A stretch of DNA of 34,340 bases from Polyangiaceae bacterium (GCA_036488725.1 DASXHD010000111.1:80760-115099); one strand, 5' to 3'; positions 8,877 through 17,843 are shown, counted from the stretch's first letter. Notes: a model not told the origin generated them from the sequence alone. Made by a program: numbers and translations.

Positions 8877-11721
8877 TGTCCTCGTGATCCCGCTCGACGA
8901 CGCCGTCGACGAGAAACGGTCCTGGGCTCGTGACCGGATCGCCGAGTGACGCGAAGGCGTCCGGCAAAATCACGACCTCGACGAGATCCGTTTCGTCCTC
9001 GAGCGTCACGAATTGCATTTTTCGGCGACCGCGCGTCTCGATGCGACGTGACGCGGCGACGATGCCCGCGATGCGCGCGCCTTCGCCGACGCGCTCGGCT
9101 AGCGATGCGATCGGAATCGCGCCGGCCGCGGCGGCCTCGGTGCGGAGCAATCGCATCGGATGATCCGAGACGTGCATGCCGAGAATGGCGACCTCGTTTT
9201 GGACGCGCACGAGGCCGCGATACAGATCGCCGCGCGGACCGCCCGCTGCGCGCGCGACGAAGCTCGCGAGCGACGGATCGCGTTTGCGCATCGCGAGGAG
9301 ATCCTCGTGCGCGATCGGATAACCGCGCGCGGAGAGCGGCGCGAGATCGTCGCACGCTCCCGAGAGGACGAGGGAACGGAGCTCACGGTCCGAGAGCGAC
9401 GTTCGCGCGAGCAAATCGCGCATGTCGGCGAACGGGCGCACCGCGAGGACCGCGGCGGCGTTTTTTTGGGTGAGGTGCGCGATGGCGCCCAGCCCGACGC
9501 GCACGGCGCCGTCCTCGACGACGTGGTCGATCGCCGAGCGCGCGACGTCGGGCCGCAAGATGGTGACGCCGGACCGCGCGAAGTCGGCCGCGATCGTCCG
9601 TAGCGGATACGCGCCGCCGTAATGATTGAGCACCGCGCACGCGAACGCCGCAGGCCGATGGACTTTCGCCCAGACCGATCGCCACGCGAGCTCGGCGTAG
9701 CTCGTCGCGTGCGCGCGACTGAACGAATAGGCCGCAAAACGCGCCAAATCCGGCCACGCGGCTTCGGCGCCCTCGATGACACGCCCGCGAAAATCGCGTT
9801 CGATCTCGGCGAGCGCCGCGGGATCTTCGTCAGCGCGAACGATCGCGGCGCGCATCGCGTCGGCCTCTTCGAGCGAGCCGCGCGTGAGCGTCGCGATGGC
9901 GCTGAGAATGTCCTCCTCGAAGAGGAGCATGCCGTGCGTGCGCGCGAGAAGCGGTCCGAGCGCCGGGTGCGGTGGCGACGCGGGCTCCTCGCCGTGCGCG
10001 CGCCGAACGAACGCGGCCTTCGCGTCACCCGAGCTCGGCCCCGGCCGCACGAGCGCGAGCGCGGTCGTCACGTCGTCTGCATCGCGAATCGGAAGCTTGC
10101 GCAAGACGGAGCGCGTCGCCGCGGTCTCGACCTGGAAGCAGCCGATGGTTTGCCCTCGCTCGAGCGCGGCGCGCGTCGCCGCGTCGTCGCCGGGCGCGGA
10201 GGAGACGCCGCACGCTTCGAGCGCGGCGAGCGCACGGTTGCCGAGCAAGTCGATCTTCAAGAGCCCGAGCTTTCCGATCGAGCGAAGATCGTACTGCGTG
10301 ACGAGGACGCCTTTCGGCGCGCGCTCGAGCGGCGTGTACGCGGTCAGCGGTCCGTCGCCGATCACGACGCCGCCCGGATGCACGGAGACGTGCTGGAGCT
10401 TGCCGACCGTGCGCTCGATGAGACCGACGTGCGGTTGCACGGCGTACGGCAGCGACGCGGTCGGAGGCGGCGCCTCCTCGTCCGTCATGCGCGCGCAAAA
10501 TCGGTCGACGTCCTCGCGGCGCATGCCGAGCGCCTTGAGGCCTTCGCGATATGCGGCGCGGCGGCGGAAAGTCTGATGCGTCGACAGCATCGCGACGCGA
10601 TCGCGGCCGAAGCGACGAAAGACCCAATCGACGAGTTCGTCGCGACGGTTCGAGGGCAAGTCGAGGTCGATGTCCGGCGGCTCCAGCCGCCCGGCGTGAA
10701 CGAATCGTTCGAAATGGAGACCGTGCACGATCGGGTCGATCGACGTGATGCCGAGCGCGAAGCAGACGAGCGAGCTCGCCGCCGAGCCTCGGCCTGCGAT
10801 CGCGATGCCCGCGGCGCGCGCGTGATCGGTGATCTCACGAACGACCCAAAAATACGGGGCGAGATGGAGGATGCGGATTGTCTCGAGCTCGCGCGCGAGG
10901 CGCGTTTCGTAGGCGACGCCGCGGCCGCAGATCGCCTCGCGACACGCGGCAGCGAGCTTTTCGTCGGCGTCGGGTACGTCCGGGACGACGCGTGTCGTCT
11001 CGCACAAGTCGAGCGTGCATGCTTCGGCGACCGCGCGTGACTCGGCGAGCGCATCGGGGGCGTCGCGAAAAAGATCGGCCCACGGCGCGAGGAGGGCGCG
11101 CTCGTGCGATTCGGCGCCCGTCGCGTCGCGAACGCGCATCCGGCGGCGAATCGCAAAGAGAAGTCGATGAAGATCGGCGTCGTCGGGCGAGAGCATGACC
11201 GCGTCGACGTCGGCGACCGCGCGCACACGCGACGGCGGTTCTGCGCCGGCTCGCGCGAGCAAAAATCGAACGTCGTCCGGCGCGACGCCGCGCGCGAGGA
11301 GCGACTCGAGCGTCTCGACGTCGTCGCTCAGATAAAAAATACCGCGCGGCTCGTCCTCGAGACACTCGAGCGGATCGCCCGTCTCGCCCGCCACCGTTCG
11401 ACGCCGCGTGACGATGCGGCAGAGGCTCTCGTAACCGGCGCGATCGCGCGCGAGCAACACGAGCCGCCCGCGTTTTTCGCCGACGGCGTGCGGCCCGAAC
11501 CCGCGACGAAGCTCCACGCCGGTGATCGCGCGAATCCCCGCGTCTCGCGCGGCGTGATGAAGCTCGACCTGCGCGTACAAATTTTCGAGGTCGGTCAGCG
11601 CGACCGCACCGCAGCCGAGCCGAGCCGCCGCACGCACGAGCTCGCGCGGCGACGCGGTCCCGTACCCTGCGGAGCGATCGCTCTTCGTGTGCAGGGGTAC
11701 GAACGTTGCGTCCTTCGTCAC
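8806..11721 (-). CDS. dnaE2: Error-prone DNA polymerase III alpha-like (DnaE2/ImuC-type C-family polymerase), 971 aa
   Basis: N-terminal degenerate PHP domain (FVPLHTKSDRSAGYG...ALTDLENLY). DnaE palm/finger motifs GLLKIDLLGNRALAAL and IGCFQVETAATRSVL. GTG start at 11719-11721. Size is below replicative DnaE and fits DnaE2. Confidence 0.8.
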   Translation of the reverse strand: MTKDATFVPLHTKSDRSAGYGTASPRELVRAAARLGCGAVALTDLENLYAQVELHHAARDAGIRAITGVELRRGFGPHAVGEKRGRLVLLARDRAGYESLCRIVTRRRTVAGETGDPLECLEDEPRGIFYLSDDVETLESLLARGVAPDDVRFLLARAGAEPPSRVRAVADVDAVMLSPDDADLHRLLFAIRRRMRVRDATGAESHERALLAPWADLFRDAPDALAESRAVAEACTLDLCETTRVVPDVPDADEKLAAACREAICGRGVAYETRLARELETIRILHLAPYFWVVREITDHARAAGIAIAGRGSAASSLVCFALGITSIDPIVHGLHFERFVHAGRLEPPDIDLDLPSNRRDELVDWVFRRFGRDRVAMLSTHQTFRRRAAYREGLKALGMRREDVDRFCARMTDEEAPPPTASLPYAVQPHVGLIERTVGKLQHVSVHPGGVVIGDGPLTAYTPLERAPKGVLVTQYDLRSIGKLGLLKIDLLGNRALAALEACGVSSAPGDDAATRAALERGQTIGCFQVETAATRSVLRKLPIRDADDVTTALALVRPGPSSGDAKAAFVRRAHGEEPASPPHPALGPLLARTHGMLLFEEDILSAIATLTRGSLEEADAMRAAIVRADEDPAALAEIERDFRGRVIEGAEAAWPDLARFAAYSFSRAHATSYAELAWRSVWAKVHRPAAFACAVLNHYGGAYPLRTIAADFARSGVTILRPDVARSAIDHVVEDGAVRVGLGAIAHLTQKNAAAVLAVRPFADMRDLLARTSLSDRELRSLVLSGACDDLAPLSARGYPIAHEDLLAMRKRDPSLASFVARAAGGPRGDLYRGLVRVQNEVAILGMHVSDHPMRLLRTEAAAAGAIPIASLAERVGEGARIAGIVAASRRIETRGRRKMQFVTLEDETDLVEVVILPDAFASLGDPVTSPGPFLVDGVVERDHEDTTLIVRHVVPFHRRAHPYRQPSP

Positions 11722-12380
11722 CGATGGCTCGGCAACCTAAGACCGAAATGAGCGCGCTGCCATTTCTGCCGAAAAAACGAGTGACGCTCGCGACGCTCGC
11801 CGACGCAGCGCGAGCGTGCCGCGGATGCCCGCTCTACGCGCGCGCGACGCAGACCGTGTTCGGCGCGGGCCCGGCGAGCGCGCGCGTGATCCTCGTCGGC
11901 GAGCAGCCGGGCAACGACGAAGATTTGAGAGGCGCGCCGTTCGTCGGCCCGGCCGGACGCGTGCTCGACAAGGCGCTCGCCGCGGCGCACATCGATCGAC
12001 GCGAGACCTACGTCACCAACGTCGTGAAGCACTTCAACTGGGTCGCGACGACCGGCAGCCGGCGCCTGCACAAGAAACCGTCGTCGCGCGAAGTCTCGGC
12101 GTGCTTGCCGTGGCTCGAAGAAGAAATCGTTCTGATCAAACCAGACGTCGTCGTTCTTCTCGGCGCGACCGCGGCGCAAGCCATCCTCGGGCGAGATTTC
12201 CGCGTCACGAAAGACCGCGGCAAGCTCCTCGCGACGCGCTTTGGAGCACGTGCGCTCGCGACGGTGCACCCCTCGTCGATCCTTCGGCAGCGAACGCACG
12301 AAGACCGCGCGCGCGAGACGGAGCGCTTCGTCGCGGACCTCGCCGTCGTCGCCAAGCTCATTCACCGCAGAGCGGCGTGA
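11706..12380 (+). CDS. udgX: UdgX-like family-4 uracil-DNA glycosylase (covalent uracil-DNA binding type)
   Basis: GEQPGNDEDLRGAPFVGPAGRVLDKAL (family-4 motif A). VHPSSILRQ (motif B). An R-loop insertion VVKHFNWVATTGSRRLHKKPSSREVSACLPW closely parallels the UdgX KRRIH loop, with the His retained. TTG at 11706; in-frame ATGs at 11724 and 11748 are more likely starts. Confidence 0.8.
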   Translation: MRPSSPMARQPKTEMSALPFLPKKRVTLATLADAARACRGCPLYARATQTVFGAGPASARVILVGEQPGNDEDLRGAPFVGPAGRVLDKALAAAHIDRRETYVTNVVKHFNWVATTGSRRLHKKPSSREVSACLPWLEEEIVLIKPDVVVLLGATAAQAILGRDFRVTKDRGKLLATRFGARALATVHPSSILRQRTHEDRARETERFVADLAVVAKLIHRRAA

Positions 12381-12381
12381 A

Positions 12382-13392
12382 TCAAATCTCGGCGCTGTGC
12401 AGCCACTTCGGGTGACTCGCGGTGCTGTCGTATTTGTCGGCGGTCTTGAAGAGCTCGTACTTTCCGCTGAGCGCCGCGTCGCGCGTGCGCCGCAGGAGAT
12501 CGGCGATCTGATCCTCGTCGAGCGGCTTGAAGTTTTGCGCGACGTGGATCGCCTGGTTCAAGATTGGCATCGAGTCGCACCCGGTGATGACGACGTTGGT
12601 CGGCAAACTGAGTGCATACTGCAAACATTCGACGGCGGTCACGGTCTTGCTCTTCAGGAGATCGCCCGAGCCGATCGGCTTCATGCTGCAGATCCCGAGG
12701 CCCTTGCGGCGCGCGACCGGCAGCACGTTGTGCTGAAAGCTCCGGAAGTGCGCGTCCATCACGTTGAGCGGCATCATGATCGTGTCGAACGTGAAGCCGT
12801 GTTGTTCGGCGACGGCGAGCATCTCGAGGTGGATGCTCGGATCTTTGTGGCCGGTGAAGCCGATGAACCGGAGCTTGCCGGCTTTGCGCGCTTCGAGGAG
12901 ACCTTCGATCGCGCCGCCGGGCGCGAAGACCGCGGTCGGATCGCTCGAGCGAATGACCTCGTGGATCTGCACGAGATCGATGTGATCGGTGCGAAGGCGC
13001 TGGAGCGATTGCTCGAGCTGCTTTTGCGCGGAGTCTTTGTCGCGACCGTCGACCTTGGTCATCAGGAACGCGCGCTGGCGCCAGCCGCCCTCGAGCGCCT
13101 TGCCCATGCGTCGCTCGCTGTCGCCGCCGTGGTAGTCCCAGCTGTTGTCCATGAACGTCACACCGTGATCGATTGCGCTGCGCACGATGCGGATGGCCTC
13201 GTCCTCGGTGTGCGTCTCGCCGAGGTGCGAGCCGCCGATGCCGATGCGCGAGATGGTCTCGCCGGTGCGGCCGAGCACGTTGGTCGGAATGCCGCCCTTC
13301 ACGGGCGCGGACGTGAGGCTCGGCGGCGGATCGTTCTTCGCGCAAGCCGCGAGCACGACCGTTCCTGCGATGAAGCTTCGACGCGAAATCAT
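12382..13392 (-). CDS. Aldo/keto reductase family oxidoreductase, Tat-signal lipoprotein
   Basis: AKR fold signature (GIGGSHLGE..., IRIVRSAIDHGVTFMDNSWDYHGG, HIDLVQIHE). N-terminus MISRRSFIAGTVVLAACA has a twin-arginine motif plus an LAAC lipobox. The track ORF extends to 13539, but an ATG at 13392 gives a proper signal peptide. Confidence 0.75.
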   Translation of the reverse strand: MISRRSFIAGTVVLAACAKNDPPPSLTSAPVKGGIPTNVLGRTGETISRIGIGGSHLGETHTEDEAIRIVRSAIDHGVTFMDNSWDYHGGDSERRMGKALEGGWRQRAFLMTKVDGRDKDSAQKQLEQSLQRLRTDHIDLVQIHEVIRSSDPTAVFAPGGAIEGLLEARKAGKLRFIGFTGHKDPSIHLEMLAVAEQHGFTFDTIMMPLNVMDAHFRSFQHNVLPVARRKGLGICSMKPIGSGDLLKSKTVTAVECLQYALSLPTNVVITGCDSMPILNQAIHVAQNFKPLDEDQIADLLRRTRDAALSGKYELFKTADKYDSTASHPKWLHSAEI

Positions 13393-13432
13393 CCGCCGAT
13401 GCGGTGCACGCGTCGTACCATGCGGCCCAGCC

Positions 13433-14746
13433 ATGGCCGGCGCGAAACCCGACGAACGCGAGGTGTTGACCGTCGCCGGGCGCGAGGTCGTGGTGACCAA
13501 TCCGGGGAAAATATTTTTTCCCGAGGCGGGCCACACCAAGCTCGACCTCGTTCGTTATTTCATCGCGGTCGCCGACGGGGCGGTGCGCGGCGTCTTCAAT
13601 CGGCCGATGGCGCTCAAGCGATTCGTCAATGGCGCGGCGCGGCCGGCGTTCTTCCAGAAGCGCGCGCCCGAAAAGCGTCCTGATTGGATGAAGACGGTGA
13701 CGCTGTCGTTTCCGTCGGGCCGAACGGCCGACGAGATCGTCATCACCGACGCCGCGCAGCTCGCGTGGATCGCGAACCTCGGGTGCGTCGATCTCAATCC
13801 GCATCCGACGCGGTCGAACGATCTCGATCATCCCGACGAGCTGCGCATCGATCTCGATCCGGTGCCGGGCGTCGGGTGGAAACAAATCGTCGAGACCGCC
13901 GGCGTCGTGCGCGAAGTGCTCGACGACATGAAGTGCGCCGGGTGGCCGAAGACGAGCGGCTCGCGCGGCATTCACGTTTACGTGCGCATCCAGCCGAAAT
14001 GGGATTTCAACGAGGTTCGACGGTCCGCGCTCGCGATCGCGCGCGAGGTCGAGCGGCGCGCGCCGAGCATCGCGACGAGCAAGTGGTGGAAGGAAGAGCG
14101 CCACGGCGTCTTCCTCGACTACAACCAGAACGCGAAAGATCGCACCGTCGCGAGCGCCTATTCGGTGCGCCCGACGAAAGACGCGCGCGTGTCGATGCCG
14201 CTCGCGTGGGACGAGCTCACCGCGTGCGATCCGGCTGATTTCACGCTCGCGACGGTTCCGAAGATTTTCGCCGAGCGAGGCGACGCGCACGCGAAGATCG
14301 ACGAGTCGGCGTGCTCGCTCGAGTCGATCCTCGAGCTCAGCGCGCGCCAAGAGTCCGAAGGTCAAGGCGACGCGCCGTGGCCGCCGCACTACGCGAAGCA
14401 ACCTGGCGAGCCTCGCCGCGTGCAACCCTCCAAAGCGCGCAAGGACGACGCGCCGACGAAGACCGCCGTGCGCCGCGCGAAGCATCCGCTCCTCGTGATT
14501 TCGCAAGCCGCCGAAAAGGAAGACGCGCTCGCGGGGCTCGAACGCTGGAAGGAAAAACATCCCGCCGTCGCCGCGAGGCTCGCGCCCGAAGACGTGCTCG
14601 TCGACGCGATGCGCGGGCGCCACCGAACCTGGACGCGCATCCGCGTGAACTTGCGCAGCGTTCCCGAGGCCGAGCGACCCGCGCAGGAAACGCCCGACCC
14701 GGACTACGACCCGAGCGTCGAGTGGCACGGCAAGACGCACGAATAG
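13433..14746 (+). CDS. Stand-alone LigD-type primase-polymerase domain protein (Prim-PolC/PolDom-like) with ~130-aa C-terminal extension
   Basis: PolDom/archaeo-eukaryotic primase motifs GKIFFPEAGHTKLDLVRYF, VDLNPHP, SGSRGIHVYV, FLDYNQNAKDRTVASAYSVRP. The in-frame ATG at 13433 (MAGAKPDERE) avoids overlap with the divergent AKR gene. Track ORF is 13187-14746. Confidence 0.85.
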   Translation: MAGAKPDEREVLTVAGREVVVTNPGKIFFPEAGHTKLDLVRYFIAVADGAVRGVFNRPMALKRFVNGAARPAFFQKRAPEKRPDWMKTVTLSFPSGRTADEIVITDAAQLAWIANLGCVDLNPHPTRSNDLDHPDELRIDLDPVPGVGWKQIVETAGVVREVLDDMKCAGWPKTSGSRGIHVYVRIQPKWDFNEVRRSALAIAREVERRAPSIATSKWWKEERHGVFLDYNQNAKDRTVASAYSVRPTKDARVSMPLAWDELTACDPADFTLATVPKIFAERGDAHAKIDESACSLESILELSARQESEGQGDAPWPPHYAKQPGEPRRVQPSKARKDDAPTKTAVRRAKHPLLVISQAAEKEDALAGLERWKEKHPAVAARLAPEDVLVDAMRGRHRTWTRIRVNLRSVPEAERPAQETPDPDYDPSVEWHGKTHE

Positions 14747-14786
14747 GCGCAGTCGACAGCGGCGAATCGAGCCCTACCCTTTCGCG

Positions 14787-15260
14787 ATGACCGCTCCGAA
14801 ACCCGTCGCGATCCTCGCCGCCGAAGCTCCGCCCCGCACGAAACCGTCGAATTACCCCGAGCCGTTCGCCTCGCGCATGAAGGGGCGGGAAAAGCGGCCT
14901 TTGGGCGATCTCTTCGGTTTGAAAAATTTCGGCGTGAACCTCACGCGGCTCGCGCCGAACGCTTCGTCCGCGCTTCGACACGCACACTCGAAACAAGACG
15001 AATTCGTCTACGTGCTCGAAGGACGCCCGACGCTCCACACCGGCGCCGGCAAGACGCGTCTCGCTCCCGGCATGTGCGCCGGGTTTTCAGCGGGCGGCGA
15101 CGCGCATCGTTTGATCAACGAGACGACCGACGACGTCGTCTACCTCGAGATCGGCGACCGCACGCCGGGCGACGAAGGCTCGTATCCGGACGACGACATT
15201 CGCGCCGAGCTCGTGGGCGGCGCGTGGCGTTTCGTGCACAAAGACGGCACGCCTTATTGA
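14787..15260 (+). CDS. Cupin-domain protein
   Basis: 157-aa ORF with a cupin-like beta-barrel signature (HAHSKQDEFVYVLEGRPTLHTGAG...GMCAGFSAGGDAHRLIN). It lies 40 bp downstream of the Prim-Pol gene on the same strand. Confidence 0.6.
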   Translation: MTAPKPVAILAAEAPPRTKPSNYPEPFASRMKGREKRPLGDLFGLKNFGVNLTRLAPNASSALRHAHSKQDEFVYVLEGRPTLHTGAGKTRLAPGMCAGFSAGGDAHRLINETTDDVVYLEIGDRTPGDEGSYPDDDIRAELVGGAWRFVHKDGTPY

Positions 15261-15991
15261 GCGCTGAACGGCTCGAGGCCGATTTCGAGCGGCCGCTCGG
15301 GCGTCGCGGCCATCTCGAGGTGCGCCTCGCGCGTCGTGCGGTAGTCGCTCGGCGCGTCCTCGCCGAGCCGTCGCGCGAGGCCGCGCGCGAAGACGAGCTC
15401 GTGCGGCGCGATCCACTCGACGCGCACGCGCGCAGGCTCGCACACCGAGACGCCGCGCTCGGAGAGGAACTGCACGACGTCCTCGCTGCCGTCGATCGTC
15501 GGCCACTCGCGCTGGTGATCGCGCGGCATGTGCCAGCGCGCGCCGTCGAGCTGCACGACGACCTTCGCGCCGGCGCCGTCTTCGAGCGTGATCGCATCGG
15601 CGGAGCGACTCTCGAAGAGGATCTTGTCGGGATGGTCCGACGCCGTGACGACCACGCGATAAAAAATGCACGGCGGCGCCCCGAGCGGTGCGTGCCGCGC
15701 GTGCTCGGTGAAACCGACGAGCCCCGCGGCCGTGACGAGGCCCGGCTCGAGGCTCGCGAGCGGCGTCGGCATCGCGCCGAGCTTCGCGCGCGGCGTGCGA
15801 CGCGGGGCACGCCGAATCACTTCGCGCGCGAGGATGCCGACCGAGACCATTCCGACCGTCGCGGCGACGAGCGCTTTCACTTGATGCAAGTGCAGCAGAA
15901 TCCAACCGACGACGATGAGACCGGTTCCGAGGATCAGAAAGAGCCCGCTGAACGCGCAACCGAAGCCGTCGTCGTCGTCGTCGTCCAGCAC
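15254..15991 (-). CDS. Hypothetical membrane protein with poly-Asp N-terminus and two TM helices
   Basis: GTG start directly abutting the ligase stop. MLDDDDDDGFG, then hydrophobic helices (FSGLFLILGTGLIVVGWILLHL; ALVAATVGMVSVGILA). No recognisable catalytic motifs. Confidence 0.45.
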   Translation of the reverse strand: MLDDDDDDGFGCAFSGLFLILGTGLIVVGWILLHLHQVKALVAATVGMVSVGILAREVIRRAPRRTPRAKLGAMPTPLASLEPGLVTAAGLVGFTEHARHAPLGAPPCIFYRVVVTASDHPDKILFESRSADAITLEDGAGAKVVVQLDGARWHMPRDHQREWPTIDGSEDVVQFLSERGVSVCEPARVRVEWIAPHELVFARGLARRLGEDAPSDYRTTREAHLEMAATPERPLEIGLEPFSAQ

Positions 15992-17068
15992 TCAGCCTCC
16001 GAAAATCTTGGCGACCTCGTACGGCGGCGTCACGTCGAGCTGGGCGTAGGTGCAATCTTTCGGTTCTTTGTCGGGTCGCCATCGCTTGAAGTGCGTCGCG
16101 TGGCGGAAGCGGCGGCCCTGCATGTGATCGAACGAGACCTCGCACACGCGCTCGGGGCGAAGCGGCTCCCACGACAAATCTTTGTTCGCGTTCCAACGGC
16201 TCTTCATGCCGGGTTTTCGCTGCGCGGCTTGCGCGTCGTCGTGCTCTTTCCAGTCGGCCCACGGGTGATTCGCGAGCGCGTTCTCGCGGAGCGGCGCGAG
16301 CTCGGCGACGAGCTCCTTGCGACGCTCGGTCTTGAACGACGAGCAGATGCCGACGTGCTGCAGGTCCCCGCTGTCGTCGTAGAGGCCGAGCAAGAACGAG
16401 CCGATCGCTTCTTCCTTCGAGCCCTTGTACCAGCGGAACCCGGCGAGCACGCAGTCGCACGTGCGCTCGTGCTTGATCTTGAGCATCGTGCGCTTGCCGG
16501 GCGAGTAGACGAGATTTTCGTCTTTCGCGACGACGCCGTCGAGGCCCGCGCCTTCGAAGCGATTGAACCAATCCGTCGCGAGCGCGCGGTCGCGCGTCGC
16601 GGGCGTCAGGTAAATCGGCGGCGTCGCTTTGCCGAGCGCGGCCTCGAGGCTCGCGCGGCGTTCTTTTTGCGGGCGCGCGCGAAGATCGTCTTCGCCGAGC
16701 GCGAGCATGTCGAACGCGACGTACGACGCGGGCCACTGCGACGCGAGCATCTTGATGCGCGACTCGGCCGGGTGAATGCGCTGAAGCAGCGCCTCGAACT
16801 GGAGCGCGCCGTCGCGCGCGATCACGATTTCGCCGTCGAGCACGCAGCGCTCGGGGATCTGCGCGCGGAGCGGTGCGGCGAGCTCGGGAAAGTAACGCTG
16901 GAGCGGCTTGAGATCGCGGCTCTGAATCTGAACGTCGTCGCCGTCGCGAAAAACGATCGCGCGAAACCCGTCCCACTTGGGCTCGAAGATGAAATTCTCG
17001 CTCTCGGGAATGCCGCTCGTGAGCTTGGCGAGCATCGGCTCGATCGGCGGTTGGAAAGGGAGCTTCAT
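15992..17068 (-). CDS. ligC: Stand-alone ATP-dependent DNA ligase (LigC-like, ~358 aa)
   Basis: Motif I adenylation lysine in EPKWDGFRAIVF. Downstream nucleotidyltransferase and OB-domain motifs (DGEIVIA, VAFDML, EGLVAKD, KIKHERTCDCVLAGF). Start ATG at 17066-17068 (MKLPFQPPIEPM) overlaps the stop of the upstream gene (ATGA). The track ORF extends to 17317 with a GTG start. Confidence 0.85.
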   Translation of the reverse strand: MKLPFQPPIEPMLAKLTSGIPESENFIFEPKWDGFRAIVFRDGDDVQIQSRDLKPLQRYFPELAAPLRAQIPERCVLDGEIVIARDGALQFEALLQRIHPAESRIKMLASQWPASYVAFDMLALGEDDLRARPQKERRASLEAALGKATPPIYLTPATRDRALATDWFNRFEGAGLDGVVAKDENLVYSPGKRTMLKIKHERTCDCVLAGFRWYKGSKEEAIGSFLLGLYDDSGDLQHVGICSSFKTERRKELVAELAPLRENALANHPWADWKEHDDAQAAQRKPGMKSRWNANKDLSWEPLRPERVCEVSFDHMQGRRFRHATHFKRWRPDKEPKDCTYAQLDVTPPYEVAKIFGG

Positions 17069-17817
17069 AGTTTGGCCGTCCACTTGTAGCCGCCGCCCGG
17101 CTTGCTCGTGAGCTCGACGTTGCCGTGCATCGGTTTCTTGTCGCGCGTCGTGAACGTGCACGTCGCCTTGCCGCCGCTGAACACGACCGGACCCGCGCCG
17201 CAATCGACGTCGACGCCGCTCGGGTGCTTGGCCTTCGCCGTGTCGCCGACCGATTTCGTGAGGTCGGCGGACAGGTCTTCGCCCTTTCCCACCGGCGCGT
17301 CGAGCGTGGTCGACCACTCACCCCACGTGCCGTCGGTGTCGACTTTGGTGCGCTCGACCTGCGCGGTCACGCTCGCGCCGTTGTCGCCCGCGAGCGTGCA
17401 GCTCGTCTTCGTGTCGGCGTCGGCGATCTCGGGACAAGTGCACTTCGTGAACGCGAACTTGGCGTAATTTTTCTCGAGCGACTTTTCGACTTCTTGGCGA
17501 TTGGTGAGCACCGGCGCCGGCGGCACGATCGGCGTCGGCTCGTAACACATCTCTTCGCGCGAGCTCGAGCCGGGGAAGCGCGTGACCGTGCCCGAGCAGC
17601 TCGACGCGCCTTTCATCGCGGTGAAGGCGAACGTGAACGGACCTTTGAACGTGACCTTCGGGCTCGCGTATCCGTCGGCCTCGAGATCGGAGCGCACCGT
17701 CGCCCACGATTTGAGCACCCAAAGGCCCGGAACGAGAACGAGCAGCGCGACGACCCCGAGAGCGATGAGCCCGGGCCCCAAGCTCGAGCGTGGCTTCGGC
17801 GTCGGCGCGTAGTTCAC
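17065..17817 (-). CDS. Signal-anchored secreted protein with tandem Cys-pair (DUF4333-like) repeats
   Basis: N-terminal TM/signal segment LIALGVVALLVLVPGLWVL. Two repeats with paired cysteines (CTCPEIADADTKTSCTLAGDNGASVTAQV and DCGAGPVVFSGGKATCTFTT) resemble actinobacterial DUF4333 lipoprotein domains. Its stop overlaps the ligase start. Confidence 0.5.
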   Translation of the reverse strand: MNYAPTPKPRSSLGPGLIALGVVALLVLVPGLWVLKSWATVRSDLEADGYASPKVTFKGPFTFAFTAMKGASSCSGTVTRFPGSSSREEMCYEPTPIVPPAPVLTNRQEVEKSLEKNYAKFAFTKCTCPEIADADTKTSCTLAGDNGASVTAQVERTKVDTDGTWGEWSTTLDAPVGKGEDLSADLTKSVGDTAKAKHPSGVDVDCGAGPVVFSGGKATCTFTTRDKKPMHGNVELTSKPGGGYKWTAKL

Positions 17818-17843
17818 GTGCGGATGCTACACGAACGTCGACG

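Noticed and set aside
12362-14740. 792-aa minus-strand ORF spanning the AKR and Prim-Pol region
   Set aside because: Arg-rich noise antisense to the Prim-Pol gene. Only its 3' portion, in a different ORF (12382-13392), is the real AKR.
15087-17321. 744-aa minus ORF and 671-aa plus ORF (15074-17089) over the ligase region
   Set aside because: Both are Arg-rich alternative frames. The ligase frame (15992-17068) has the KxDG adenylation motif and full ligase architecture.
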